From a virus (taxonomy: Duplodnaviria > Caudoviricetes), in the IMG/VR virus record IMGVR_UViG_3300028840_001668, positions 1 to 37,805 of that record: a DNA stretch of 37,805 nucleotides; one strand, written 5' to 3'. Both the position numbers and the translations under genes were made by a program. The notes beneath the pieces were generated by a model. It ran no database searches. It saw nothing but the letters and a program-made list of their open reading frames with translations, and was not told the origin of the DNA. Below are positions 17,922 to 27,048 of the stretch, one piece after another; within the stretch, counting starts at the first letter, position 1; each line of letters opens with the position of its first letter.

Positions 17922-19786
17922 GGTAATATCTCTTCTAATGCTTCTGCCAAGTCTTTAGTGGCAAATGATTTTAACCCATCTCTCTTTGCTATAACTGCTG
18001 CTTCTGCATAAAACTCTGTTGCTTTTATATCTCCATAAACACTTACAGAGATACCCTTATCTTTTGCGACCTGAAAAGCATCTTCTACTTTATTTATAGG
18101 AATTGGTTTTGTTCTTTGATAGTAGTGTGCAGCTTCGTGATATGCTAATTCATCTACTGTTTTAGCTGCCATAAAACCGTCTTTATGGGATTGCTTAACA
18201 TAATCTTGTAATGAATAACCTTGTTTCTTAATCTTTGCTATAAAGTCTGCATTTATATTAAGTTCCCTATATGTTCCAGCCCTATTAGTAGTAAAGGAAG
18301 CAATAGTCTTAGGATCTTTTGTTCTATTATTAATCGCATCAAACAAAGGAAGGTTATGCTTATTCTTCATATCAAACATTTGTTTGTTAAAAGAATTCAG
18401 CACATCTAAACTAATTCCTTTTGTGTTTAAATCTCCGTCTTCCTTTAAAAATGCTTTCCATTTATTTTTTGGAATGTTTAACTCTTCTAATGGTGCAGTA
18501 TTTATTAAGTTCTCCATCATCCAATCTTCTGCTTCTGAAGCAGATTTAGCAGGTTTGAATTTTGGTGCGCTAGAAGGTAACTCTCCAGGGCCAACTTCTT
18601 CTGAAGCTATTTGTTCTCTAATATCTTCCTCGTCAACAACTGTAGTTGTTCTACAGTTAGCATGAAACGGAGGTAGCATAGGAGGATTAGTATTTTTTCC
18701 ACCAAGATCTTGTATTGCTGTACTTACTCCGTCTGATTTCTTTCCTTTAAAATTAAATCCGTCTGCACCTCCTTTAAATTTGCTATTCGGCAAATAAGTT
18801 CTGTTACCTTTTGCATCTCTAAAATAGAGAGCATTCTTTCCTCCGGTTGCCCGTTCTTCATCAAACTGAATCCATGGTTTAAGAGCTTTAAAATTTTCTG
18901 CTTGTACTTCAGATGTAGGAACACCGAACGATTGTGTATCTGTAACTATTTTTCTAGCTACTTCTACTTCAAAAATTCTTCCATCCATGTATTCACATTG
19001 CGGAGTTGTACGTTCATCTAAAACTGCAAATATTTGGTATCTTCTAATTCTTGCTTCTACATAAGACTCAACCTGTGCAGTAGTTCTAGCCCTATTTAAA
19101 ACATCGTTAGATAAAACCTTGTAATAAAAATCTGCACGTTCTGGTATCTGTTCTCCTATTGCAGCTTTAATTTCTTTTGCAAGTTTGTTTTTTGGTAAAC
19201 CCTCTCGAACGTGCATAGCAACTATATCGTTTACGTGATTAACTAAAACTTGGTCGTATGCGCCAGATATAAAAAAGTTGTTACTATTATTTAGTACATT
19301 AATAAGCCTATTATCTGTTTTAGTAAGACCCTGCTTTACAGCCCTATTATACTGCTTAACAGATTTGTCTACTGCTTTCTTTGTTGCAAGCCATTGCTTT
19401 TCTATAATACTTTTAATATCCTTTGTAACTCCGCTTGCAACATCCTTTCCAAGCACAACAGATAAATCTTTATGCAATGTCTTTAACTGTTTTTCATTTA
19501 CTATAAGTTCTCCGTCTTTTACCTTAACACCTTTATCTACAAACTTAGAAACAGCACTACTTGTTTTTGTTCCATTTGCATTGCGCTTAAGTTCGTTGCG
19601 CATTGTTTCAAATATTTGTATTTCCCTTTTTCCAGGATCGTCTATAGCATCACCTAAAAAAATACCAAACTTCCCTTCATCTTGTTTTGATACAATACCA
19701 TCTTGAAGTTTTGATATTAGGTGCTGTGTTAATTGCTTTGCAACATTCAGTGTCTCTAACGGCATATTATCTAAAACATTATCCAT
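17918..19786 (-). CDS. Minor head protein MuF (SPP1 gp7-like) fused to a C-terminal zincin metallopeptidase
   Basis: 'AVLDERTTPQCEYMDGRIF', 'PPFHANCRTT' MuF motifs; C-terminal 'HEAAH...SVYG...EFYAEA'; likely start ATG 19786 overlapping the portal stop (ORF track start 19831). Confidence 0.88.
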   Translation of the reverse strand: MDNVLDNMPLETLNVAKQLTQHLISKLQDGIVSKQDEGKFGIFLGDAIDDPGKREIQIFETMRNELKRNANGTKTSSAVSKFVDKGVKVKDGELIVNEKQLKTLHKDLSVVLGKDVASGVTKDIKSIIEKQWLATKKAVDKSVKQYNRAVKQGLTKTDNRLINVLNNSNNFFISGAYDQVLVNHVNDIVAMHVREGLPKNKLAKEIKAAIGEQIPERADFYYKVLSNDVLNRARTTAQVESYVEARIRRYQIFAVLDERTTPQCEYMDGRIFEVEVARKIVTDTQSFGVPTSEVQAENFKALKPWIQFDEERATGGKNALYFRDAKGNRTYLPNSKFKGGADGFNFKGKKSDGVSTAIQDLGGKNTNPPMLPPFHANCRTTTVVDEEDIREQIASEEVGPGELPSSAPKFKPAKSASEAEDWMMENLINTAPLEELNIPKNKWKAFLKEDGDLNTKGISLDVLNSFNKQMFDMKNKHNLPLFDAINNRTKDPKTIASFTTNRAGTYRELNINADFIAKIKKQGYSLQDYVKQSHKDGFMAAKTVDELAYHEAAHYYQRTKPIPINKVEDAFQVAKDKGISVSVYGDIKATEFYAEAAVIAKRDGLKSFATKDLAEALEEILP

Positions 19787-21491
19787 CGCTCTTCTCGCCG
19801 GATTTAATTTTCTTACTAACGGCACTATCAATCATTTTATCTAAACTAATTAAAGCAGTAATAAGCTCAAACGGAGACATAGATTTATTTATATCCCCCT
19901 GCTGTGTCTGCAAACCTTCTCCTGTTTCTACTTGTCCTGTTTCTAGTTTATCTCCTCCGCCAACATTTAAAAGACCTGTAACAAGATCACCTTGCGATCT
20001 ATCTTGTGGGACTTTTAATTGCTGTAATGCAAGCGCGAGAGGATAATCGCCCCAGTTTTCTTTAAACCTTGGCTTACCCAGGAAATCCCTAATATCGTTA
20101 GGAGTAATACCTCCAATCCTATGCAGCTTTTGAAAGATAGTAGCCTGTCCTTCTTCATCTACTATCTTTGGCCTCTTAAGCCTAAGCTGTATAAGCTCTA
20201 CGCCAAGAGCTTTAATTATTGTTTGGTTTAAAATATATTCATGATCTGCTAACTCTGGCTCAAACACCTGATCTAATGTAATAGACCTACCAATATTTGC
20301 GGATGCCCTTGTAGCATCTTTTTCAAAAAACACAGGATGTAAATTAAAAGCCTCTGCAATTTCCCTGTCCCCTCTGTCTTGGTATTTTAAGAAGCTTGCC
20401 TCTTCTGCAAGTCCAACAGTAAGTTTTTCAAATGTAATTTTTACATCTTCGCTCTCTGTTACGGAGCCTTCTTTTTTACCAGCTTGAATAACTAAAACAC
20501 GTCCTGCACCATCTTTCCCCTTACCTTTTGTTTCAATAAATTCTTTTATATCGTCCCTGCTTTCTTTCGAAAGCCTATACGGACCTTGTACAACAATAGC
20601 CATACGAGGTGTTGCGTCGTTTTCGAAAAAGACCGCATTGCGTTCTGATGCAAATCTGTTCCCTGCTATTGTCGGGCCACAAGAAATATGCCTTGGCATT
20701 CCGTATTTAGTTCTTCTAATCGGATCCACAATAAATGGGATTAGTTCTGTCGCGCGATCCTCTGGTGTAATTGCACCATCCTTCCCAGGATTATGCTCTT
20801 TACCAGTTTTCTTATTTATAATTCTTTTATCGCCCCATTCTTTATAATGCTTAACAGTTTTAGAATTTACTAATTCTACAAATCCGCCTTTTACTTTCCT
20901 TCTGATGCTATGCCCAAAAACCCTATCCAAATACATAGGCTCACCTTCTTTTTTTCCTTGTGCGCTTAAAGGCTCCCTTCTAACCTCAAGATAACCATTG
21001 CCAACAGCCTCTTTGTCGGCTATAACCATTTGCATAATTTTCATAAAAGATTTTTTTGGATTAGGGTTTTCTAAAAGCTCTTCTGCCTTATCTTTTTCTG
21101 CCTGTATATTTGCTACAAGCTCATCCTTCTTTCTATTTTCTTCTTCTGAAGATTCTTTTCTATACTTTTCAAGCTCTCTCTGCACGTTTTTCTTTGGAAT
21201 TAATTCATATCCCATACCAGCAGTATTTCTGCTTCTAACAAAAATACATGCAGACAAACGTGTAGAAATTTCCGGAGCTAAAACCCATTTATCAATATCG
21301 AATGGAACTTTTTCAATAGCATCGCCGGATATAAGAGTTTGTGTTGTCATTCCGCTTACAGTCGCAGCAACATCAAAATCTGTAAATTCCGACTTAGAAA
21401 CATTTACATCTTCCCCACCTACAACAAAAACTTCCAATTCTTTGTTATCGCCTTCGCCAAGGGAAGTTCGGGTTTTAGTCTTTTCTGTCAT
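19779..21491 (-). CDS. Portal protein (PBSX XkdE / HK97 family)
   Basis: 'D.EAVGNGYLEVRR', 'YGMPRHI', 'FFENDATPRMAIVV', 'EASFLKY...EIAEAF', 'ITPNDIRDFLG'. Confidence 0.93.
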   Translation of the reverse strand: MTEKTKTRTSLGEGDNKELEVFVVGGEDVNVSKSEFTDFDVAATVSGMTTQTLISGDAIEKVPFDIDKWVLAPEISTRLSACIFVRSRNTAGMGYELIPKKNVQRELEKYRKESSEEENRKKDELVANIQAEKDKAEELLENPNPKKSFMKIMQMVIADKEAVGNGYLEVRREPLSAQGKKEGEPMYLDRVFGHSIRRKVKGGFVELVNSKTVKHYKEWGDKRIINKKTGKEHNPGKDGAITPEDRATELIPFIVDPIRRTKYGMPRHISCGPTIAGNRFASERNAVFFENDATPRMAIVVQGPYRLSKESRDDIKEFIETKGKGKDGAGRVLVIQAGKKEGSVTESEDVKITFEKLTVGLAEEASFLKYQDRGDREIAEAFNLHPVFFEKDATRASANIGRSITLDQVFEPELADHEYILNQTIIKALGVELIQLRLKRPKIVDEEGQATIFQKLHRIGGITPNDIRDFLGKPRFKENWGDYPLALALQQLKVPQDRSQGDLVTGLLNVGGGDKLETGQVETGEGLQTQQGDINKSMSPFELITALISLDKMIDSAVSKKIKSGEKSDG

Positions 21492-21493
21492 TT

Positions 21494-22393
21494 TTATAAT
21501 CGCTCAAGCTTTTTTTTAAATTGTTCGGAAAAACTACTAAGTCTGTTCTTTTTCTGAGGTAAAACATTTTTAGTTTGTTTTATTTCTTCTCTATGTTGTG
21601 TTTTATCTTTAGCACCATCCCTCATTCTTGTAATTTGATCTTTAAGCTTATTTCCACTTTTAGGAGGACGTTGTGGTATCGGATCTTCTCTTTGTACCTC
21701 TCGTCTAGAACTATTTCTATTATCGTTAAAACCTTTTTGCTCTGTTATAACATCCATTACTTCGTCTGCAGATATCTCATCCAAATAATCATCTAATTTT
21801 CTAGCATTAGGATCTCTAACATCAAAATCTGTTACTGCACCTCTTCTTTCTATAAACTTTTCCTCAAACACGTCTGCAGAAGAAACAGGCTCTGGTTGTA
21901 TATCTCTATTTATAACAGTTACACTTGTACCACATTCCTCTTCTTGTATATCTTCTTGCTCTTGTGTTTCTTCCTCTACATTTTCCTGTAAAATCTCTTC
22001 TTCCTTATCTTCCTCTATAGTTAATGTTACATTTTTAATAAAAAGCCTTGTGTTGCCATCTATATCCACTGATAGAGGTATATCAAAATTTTCTACTAAA
22101 TCAACATCATACGCAAATAATTTCTTTTTTCTAGGCCATTTTAATTTTCTTTCTTCTACAGAAATTTTATGCTTCTTAAAATCTTTATTAAATTGAGATA
22201 AGCTTTTTACTTTTGGTGTTCCCATTTTTATTGTTGCATAAGCTTTCTCATCACAAACAACAAAAATAAGCTTACCTATATATTTTAGGTACTGTTCAGA
22301 CTTAATAATCTGCGTTCTAATTCCTTTTGCAATTCCTTTAGCTTCTTCTGAGCTAAGAACTATCCCTGGCAGGGTTATCTTTTGTAAGCTCAT
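21494..22393 (-). CDS. ASCH/PUA-like N-terminal domain protein with acidic disordered C-terminus
   Basis: 'GIVLSSEEAKGIAKGIRTQIIKS...AYATIKM...LFAYDV..VENFDIP' resembles the ASCH fold. Confidence 0.55.
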   Translation of the reverse strand: MSLQKITLPGIVLSSEEAKGIAKGIRTQIIKSEQYLKYIGKLIFVVCDEKAYATIKMGTPKVKSLSQFNKDFKKHKISVEERKLKWPRKKKLFAYDVDLVENFDIPLSVDIDGNTRLFIKNVTLTIEEDKEEEILQENVEEETQEQEDIQEEECGTSVTVINRDIQPEPVSSADVFEEKFIERRGAVTDFDVRDPNARKLDDYLDEISADEVMDVITEQKGFNDNRNSSRREVQREDPIPQRPPKSGNKLKDQITRMRDGAKDKTQHREEIKQTKNVLPQKKNRLSSFSEQFKKKLERL

Positions 22394-22571
22394 TTTCTAT
22401 TTCCATCAAAACTAAGTTTTTATTTTTATTCTTAAGTAGAATAGAATAAAATTCTCCAAGCGATATATTATCTGGTAAGCACAAAATTCTTTTTGATAAG
22501 TAAATCCAAAAAGCCAAATCCCCATAATTCATAGTCTGAGCTTTTTCTTTTTCGGCATCTTGCCTATCCAT
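22353..22571 (-). CDS. Hypothetical protein
   Basis: 72-aa ORF overlapping its neighbours in the operon. Confidence 0.5.
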   Translation of the reverse strand: MDRQDAEKEKAQTMNYGDLAFWIYLSKRILCLPDNISLGEFYSILLKNKNKNLVLMEIENELTKDNPARDSS

Positions 22572-22701
22572 GATCTTTAATCCTTATCATATTCTTACAG
22601 TTATTATTTGCACATTGAACCCATTTTGCACCTTGCGGAACTAACGCTTTAAATTTTGTTTTGCATTTACTACAAGTGAAAGGTCTTACAAACGTAGGCA
22701 T
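22564..22701 (-). CDS. Small Zn-ribbon protein (Mu Com-like architecture)
   Basis: Not in the ORF track: MPTFVRPFTCSKCKTKFKALVPQGAKWVQCANNNCKNMIRIKDHG (45 aa); strong AAAGGAGG RBS. Confidence 0.75.
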   Translation of the reverse strand: MPTFVRPFTCSKCKTKFKALVPQGAKWVQCANNNCKNMIRIKDHG

Positions 22702-22717
22702 ACTGCCTCCTTTCTAC

Positions 22718-23035
22718 TTAATCACATTCCAAATTAGGATAAACAATAAAGGACCCAATTTCTGAAGTCCATTGCCCTCCTGGCATCTCAACATAAAACT
22801 GAACTTCGTGCTCTCCGGCTTGATCTAAATCTTCTGTTTGCGTTACATATTCGATCTTACCATCCGTCCCATCTGTTACAAAACTTGTAGTCCATTCTAC
22901 ACATGTTTCGTCTGGCTTTTTCACAATATATTTTTGTGTAGTTGCACTAGATAAGTCCACTATTTGTGCACCATCTTGAATAGTAGCTTGAATAGATGTT
23001 CCTATATCCCCAATATGAATTTCATTAGCTGCCAT
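22718..23035 (-). CDS. BppU N-terminal-like Ig-fold virion protein
   Basis: 'GDIGT...VDLSSAT...VKKPD...DGTDGKIEY...DLDQAGEHEVQFYV'. Confidence 0.7.
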   Translation of the reverse strand: MAANEIHIGDIGTSIQATIQDGAQIVDLSSATTQKYIVKKPDETCVEWTTSFVTDGTDGKIEYVTQTEDLDQAGEHEVQFYVEMPGGQWTSEIGSFIVYPNLECD

Positions 23036-23036
23036 A

Positions 23037-23222
23037 TTAAGGCCCGCCTACTAGTTTTGGATCAATATATAAAGTAAACCGATACGTCTTCCCAATTTGG
23101 GAAAGAAAATTAATACCTTTATCTATACAAAGAATCCCTAAGCTTATATTTCTTGCACTTTGTAAAGGCATACTTTCTTCTCTGTTTATATTTAAAGTAA
23201 AATCAAATTTATCAACGCTCAA
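23037..23222 (-). CDS. Hypothetical protein
   Basis: 61 aa, TTG start preceded by GGAGG; fills the operon gap. Confidence 0.55.
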   Translation of the reverse strand: MSVDKFDFTLNINREESMPLQSARNISLGILCIDKGINFLSQIGKTYRFTLYIDPKLVGGP

Positions 23223-23355
23223 GCTTAAACCTCCATAACCTTGTAATACGGAGCGTTATATATTTAAAAGCTCTTCTTATTGCGCCTTTCCAAGTATATC
23301 CCCATCCAGATGTTGTTATACTGTGTGCTCCCCATCCTCTAGTTGTTATACTCAT
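23212..23355 (-). CDS. Small protein with SITTxGWG tandem repeat
   Basis: Not in the ORF track: MSITTRGWGAHSITTSGWGYTWKGAIRRAFKYITLRITRLWRFKLER (47 aa); ATGA overlap with the upstream stop. Confidence 0.7.
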   Translation of the reverse strand: MSITTRGWGAHSITTSGWGYTWKGAIRRAFKYITLRITRLWRFKLER

Positions 23356-24002
23356 TGTCCTCTTGTCCTTCTTGCCGGAGTGGCTGGCTCTATAGAAATT
23401 GCTGCCCCAAGCTTATCTGTAACATCGTATCTTAATAACACAGTAGAGTCATCGTCATCATAAAGTTCCCAGTTATCTGTAGAACCGTCTTGCAATTCTA
23501 ACCTGTTATTTAAAATCTTTCTGATCAAATCTAACGAATTTTCTAATGTAATACCTAATATATTCCCCCCTACCACATGCGTCACAATAGCGTTTCTTAT
23601 GGCAGATATCGTAACAGCATCTAAAGTAACCTCATCCCCTGTCTTAAGTATTTCTCTAAAAGAATATTCGGAAGTAGCAAAAAATTTATCTGCTATTGCA
23701 CCATTACCAGTAAATATAGCTAAGTAATCATCTTCATTATCTACATCCGCAGATCCGTGATTAAATGTTCTTTCGTATACGCCAGAAACAATAACACTCT
23801 CTGTCAGAGCAGCAGATATAGATCCTACTTGCCAAACGTTTAAATTAAAATTATAAAACTTATTATCACTTCTTCTTACAAGTTTTACATAAGGTGTTTT
23901 TCCTGTTACTGGATCCCCGTTCTTCACAAGAGTTGCAGTTAATTTAACTACATCGTTTACTCTGCGAAGAGCAGGTCCGGAGCTAATAACAATTCCAGGC
24001 AT
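23352..24002 (-). CDS. Putative virion structural protein (Ig-like N-terminus)
   Basis: Ig-like N-half; C-terminal 'IRKILNNRL...LYDDDDSTVLLRYD...RRTR' motif of a kind seen in phage structural genes. Confidence 0.5.
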   Translation of the reverse strand: MPGIVISSGPALRRVNDVVKLTATLVKNGDPVTGKTPYVKLVRRSDNKFYNFNLNVWQVGSISAALTESVIVSGVYERTFNHGSADVDNEDDYLAIFTGNGAIADKFFATSEYSFREILKTGDEVTLDAVTISAIRNAIVTHVVGGNILGITLENSLDLIRKILNNRLELQDGSTDNWELYDDDDSTVLLRYDVTDKLGAAISIEPATPARRTRGQ

Positions 24003-24032
24003 CTTTTATCTCTTCGCAAAAAGTAAAATATA

Positions 24033-24581
24033 TTAATCACTCTTTTTCTCTTTTAATTTTAGTTCTTTAAACTTGGAATCTAAAACTATCTCATAGATCA
24101 TATTTGGATCTGTTGTATTGTCGTCCATCTTATCAAAGCGCTCGTCTATTCTTATATTTTTAAGATGGTACAAAACCTCTTCGCTACAAATAATTCCTCC
24201 CGTTATCGGGTTTTTTATTTTCTTTTTAAACAGCTTCCTAACTATCCAAACCCATATAAATCCCAATAGCTGTAAATAACCATAAGGCTCCTCTAAATCT
24301 TCTGCAAGTAGATCAATAGACTGATCTATCGCATTCTTTTCTACAAGAGGCGCATAGACAGATATATCGTACTTATCTGTAAGATACTTTTTAAAAGAAA
24401 CGATATAAACACCAAAATTTCCAGCTTCTTGAACTAAAAGCCTTTCTGGCTTATCGCTATCGTTAATAATTAAAAAGCTATGACTCCATTTCCCATGAGT
24501 AAAATATTTAATTGCCTTGGCTAAAAGTTTAAAAAAGCCTTTCCCTTTATATGTTGAAAATCCAACAGCTCCCTTTGTCAA
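24033..24581 (-). CDS. Permuted papain-like NlpC/P60 enzyme (YiiX/YaeF, C92-like)
   Basis: His before Cys: 'WSHSFLI...VQEAG...PYGYLQLLG...IICSE'. Confidence 0.85.
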   Translation of the reverse strand: MTKGAVGFSTYKGKGFFKLLAKAIKYFTHGKWSHSFLIINDSDKPERLLVQEAGNFGVYIVSFKKYLTDKYDISVYAPLVEKNAIDQSIDLLAEDLEEPYGYLQLLGFIWVWIVRKLFKKKIKNPITGGIICSEEVLYHLKNIRIDERFDKMDDNTTDPNMIYEIVLDSKFKELKLKEKKSD

Positions 24582-25399
24582 TTTGAATTTCCTCCATATT
24601 TTAAAGTAAGTCTTAATCTAATTCTTTTGGCTTGAGAACCAGCATTATAATACCTCGCCCTCATAATAGTATTGGCAGGAACACTTGAAGACCCTGCTGC
24701 TCTTCCGCCAATATCTATATTTTCTCCATGTTGTAATTCTAAATCCTCTGCGTATTTTATAGACATAAGAACATAATGATTTGTCGTTACATCCTCATTC
24801 AGTGCAGGAGAAATTGTTATTTGTAAACTATCTATGTCTATATGTACTATTTCATGTTCTATGGCTTGCCCGGGCAAAGCAGGATTTAAAGCAAACTTGC
24901 ACCAGAATCCTGCTAAAATATTTTCTATAACAGTTTGGCTTACAGGAATAACAGTTTGCCCCGACGCTTTGGCTTGTGTAACTTGCCCAACAGGAGTATC
25001 CGGAGATACTAGGAATTCAAATATATCTCCATCTCCCGCAAATCCTGTAAACCCATCTCCGGATAAGATATTAACTTTGTACGGAAAAGAAAAATCTTTC
25101 TGCCCCCAACTTTGTGCAGGAACATCAAAATTAATTCCTTTAACCTTTGTTTTAGCAATATTAGGATCCAGATCTGCAACATCATGAATTTTTACTGCTT
25201 GAGGGGAAAGCTCTAGCATTTTCTCGTCCCCTTTTATAAATGTTTCTCCATCCCATGTATATTCATAGTCCTGATCAAATACAAAATCGTTTTCAATAAC
25301 CTGTTCTGTATTTGGATCAAAGTCCGGCTTACTTGCAAAATCTGTATATCCGTAGCGCTTTACAAGTTTTGTTATTTTGTCAATAACAACTTTTTGCAT
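24578..25399 (-). CDS. Putative fibre-associated virion protein
   Basis: N-terminal 'YEYTWDGETF' fibre-chaperone-like segment; central beta module like the sheath inserts; follows the fibre gene. Confidence 0.5.
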   Translation of the reverse strand: MQKVVIDKITKLVKRYGYTDFASKPDFDPNTEQVIENDFVFDQDYEYTWDGETFIKGDEKMLELSPQAVKIHDVADLDPNIAKTKVKGINFDVPAQSWGQKDFSFPYKVNILSGDGFTGFAGDGDIFEFLVSPDTPVGQVTQAKASGQTVIPVSQTVIENILAGFWCKFALNPALPGQAIEHEIVHIDIDSLQITISPALNEDVTTNHYVLMSIKYAEDLELQHGENIDIGGRAAGSSSVPANTIMRARYYNAGSQAKRIRLRLTLKYGGNSN

Positions 25400-26274
25400 T
25401 ATTCTATGTCCTCTATGTATCCCAAAACATAAACGTTATAATCTATTGTATCTCCTGTCCCGCAACTCCAGATCTTCTGGGCAGAATTTAGATCACAAAG
25501 CATTAGAGCAGGATTTTTTCCTCCTGCAAGATTTGGATAATTTGAAACAGAAATAACACCATCTCCATGAGAAAGAACAACGCCATACTCGGATGCAGGT
25601 TCCCAAACTAAAAATATTCCCCTAGTAGACGTTGAGGGGATAAAAGAAGAACAATCAACCAAATCCGGAGAAACAAGACTTCCCGTTCCATTTGTTATAA
25701 CAGCATGTCCAACAGCCATTACATAATATTGATATTCTTTTCTGTTAGAAATGCCACTCTGCCAAAAAGCCCAAATGTTACTCCAAGGATTATTTCTTAT
25801 TGCACCTATCCTTCTTTTAACTGTAAACCCAGAAGGCATAACAGGAGAAGTTTTTGATGCCGAAAATAAACCAGCAACCTCCCCTGTAGTTAAATTTTTT
25901 ATAAGCCAGACATGATACCATGTATTTGCTGCTTCAGATCCTGTATCTAACCCATTCTTTCCACTAACTGTTAAATCTACTATTTTAGCACTAGTTAAAA
26001 CTAAAAGAACAGATCCGCTATCATCTACACATCTTCCTGGCTGAATACTTATTTGATTTCCATTTCCCGGGACTACTTTTAAATTAAGTTTATAAATATA
26101 GCCTAAAGCATAGCCAGAAATTTTAGGATTAAACGTATCGTCTTCATCTTTAAACTTAAACTGCCCATCTTTATATAAAAACTTTCCCGCTTCATCCGGA
26201 TCGGATGTTTGTGGGATCATTTTTATTTCATCTTCTTCCCTTGTTCCGGGGAATCTATCTGGAGTATGAGGCAT
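25399..26274 (-). CDS. Fibre protein (tail/head fibre domain)
   Basis: 'GKNGLDTGSEAANTWYHVWLI...LFSASKTSPVMPSGFTVKRRIGAIR' is a common phage fibre domain. Confidence 0.75.
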   Translation of the reverse strand: MPHTPDRFPGTREEDEIKMIPQTSDPDEAGKFLYKDGQFKFKDEDDTFNPKISGYALGYIYKLNLKVVPGNGNQISIQPGRCVDDSGSVLLVLTSAKIVDLTVSGKNGLDTGSEAANTWYHVWLIKNLTTGEVAGLFSASKTSPVMPSGFTVKRRIGAIRNNPWSNIWAFWQSGISNRKEYQYYVMAVGHAVITNGTGSLVSPDLVDCSSFIPSTSTRGIFLVWEPASEYGVVLSHGDGVISVSNYPNLAGGKNPALMLCDLNSAQKIWSCGTGDTIDYNVYVLGYIEDIE

Positions 26275-26489
26275 TATGTAACCTCGTCATCTAGGCAAGC
26301 TTGACACCTTTGCCATCCCCATTTTTTATTAGGATCATATCCTGTTAATTCTCCGTATATAATTGTTTGCCGATATAACTGACAAAACCCTGCAATCACA
26401 TACGGGCAACGTTCTTCCCCGTCTAGACAGAAATTAGTATCCGTATCATCTATTTTAATATCTAATGTACTAGATACTTGCTTATCCAT
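26274..26489 (-). CDS. Small Cys-rich protein
   Basis: 71 aa with five Cys including a C-terminal CQAC; start/stop overlaps with its neighbours. Confidence 0.6.
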   Translation of the reverse strand: MDKQVSSTLDIKIDDTDTNFCLDGEERCPYVIAGFCQLYRQTIIYGELTGYDPNKKWGWQRCQACLDDEVT

Positions 26490-27015
26490 TTTTCTTCTTC
26501 CTAGGAGATTTCTTTTTCTTCTTTTGTTTCGGCCTTACTTCTTTTTTAGGCTTATCGTTTAATGGCTTAGGACTTCCATCTTCTCTTGTACCATCTGGAT
26601 CCTGTTCAGCCATCCTTTTCCTTCTTTCTACTTTTCCTTCTTCTTCTTTAATTCTCTTTTTAGAACGTTGTACAAGCTCAGAGTATCCGGCTATCCGGCC
26701 TTTGATTTGTTGAAAATCGGCCGAGTTTTCTTTCTCCATTGCCTTCAGAATCTCTATACATTCTGAATAACCCTGTAGCTTGCCTTTTATTTTTAGCTTA
26801 TCATCTTCAGAAAGTTTTTCTTTATCGTTTAACTCCTTAGCAGCATCCCCTAATTTCTTTGTTTCTGCTGCCAAACGATGTTGAGAAGCTTGAAGTGCAG
26901 CAATAACTCCCTGTTTTTTTATCTGCACTTCTTTCTGCTCTTTAATTAGCCCTTCAAGATCTTCTATAACTTTCTGAATACCAAGAATAACGTTTTTTGT
27001 TTTAACATCTTGCAT
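26482..27015 (-). CDS. Coiled-coil protein with basic tail
   Basis: Heptad-rich K/E/Q sequence; AAGGAG RBS. Confidence 0.7.
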   Translation of the reverse strand: MQDVKTKNVILGIQKVIEDLEGLIKEQKEVQIKKQGVIAALQASQHRLAAETKKLGDAAKELNDKEKLSEDDKLKIKGKLQGYSECIEILKAMEKENSADFQQIKGRIAGYSELVQRSKKRIKEEEGKVERRKRMAEQDPDGTREDGSPKPLNDKPKKEVRPKQKKKKKSPRKKKNG

Positions 27016-27048
27016 ATCCGGCTCTCCTTTTATGCCGTTAAAGAATTA

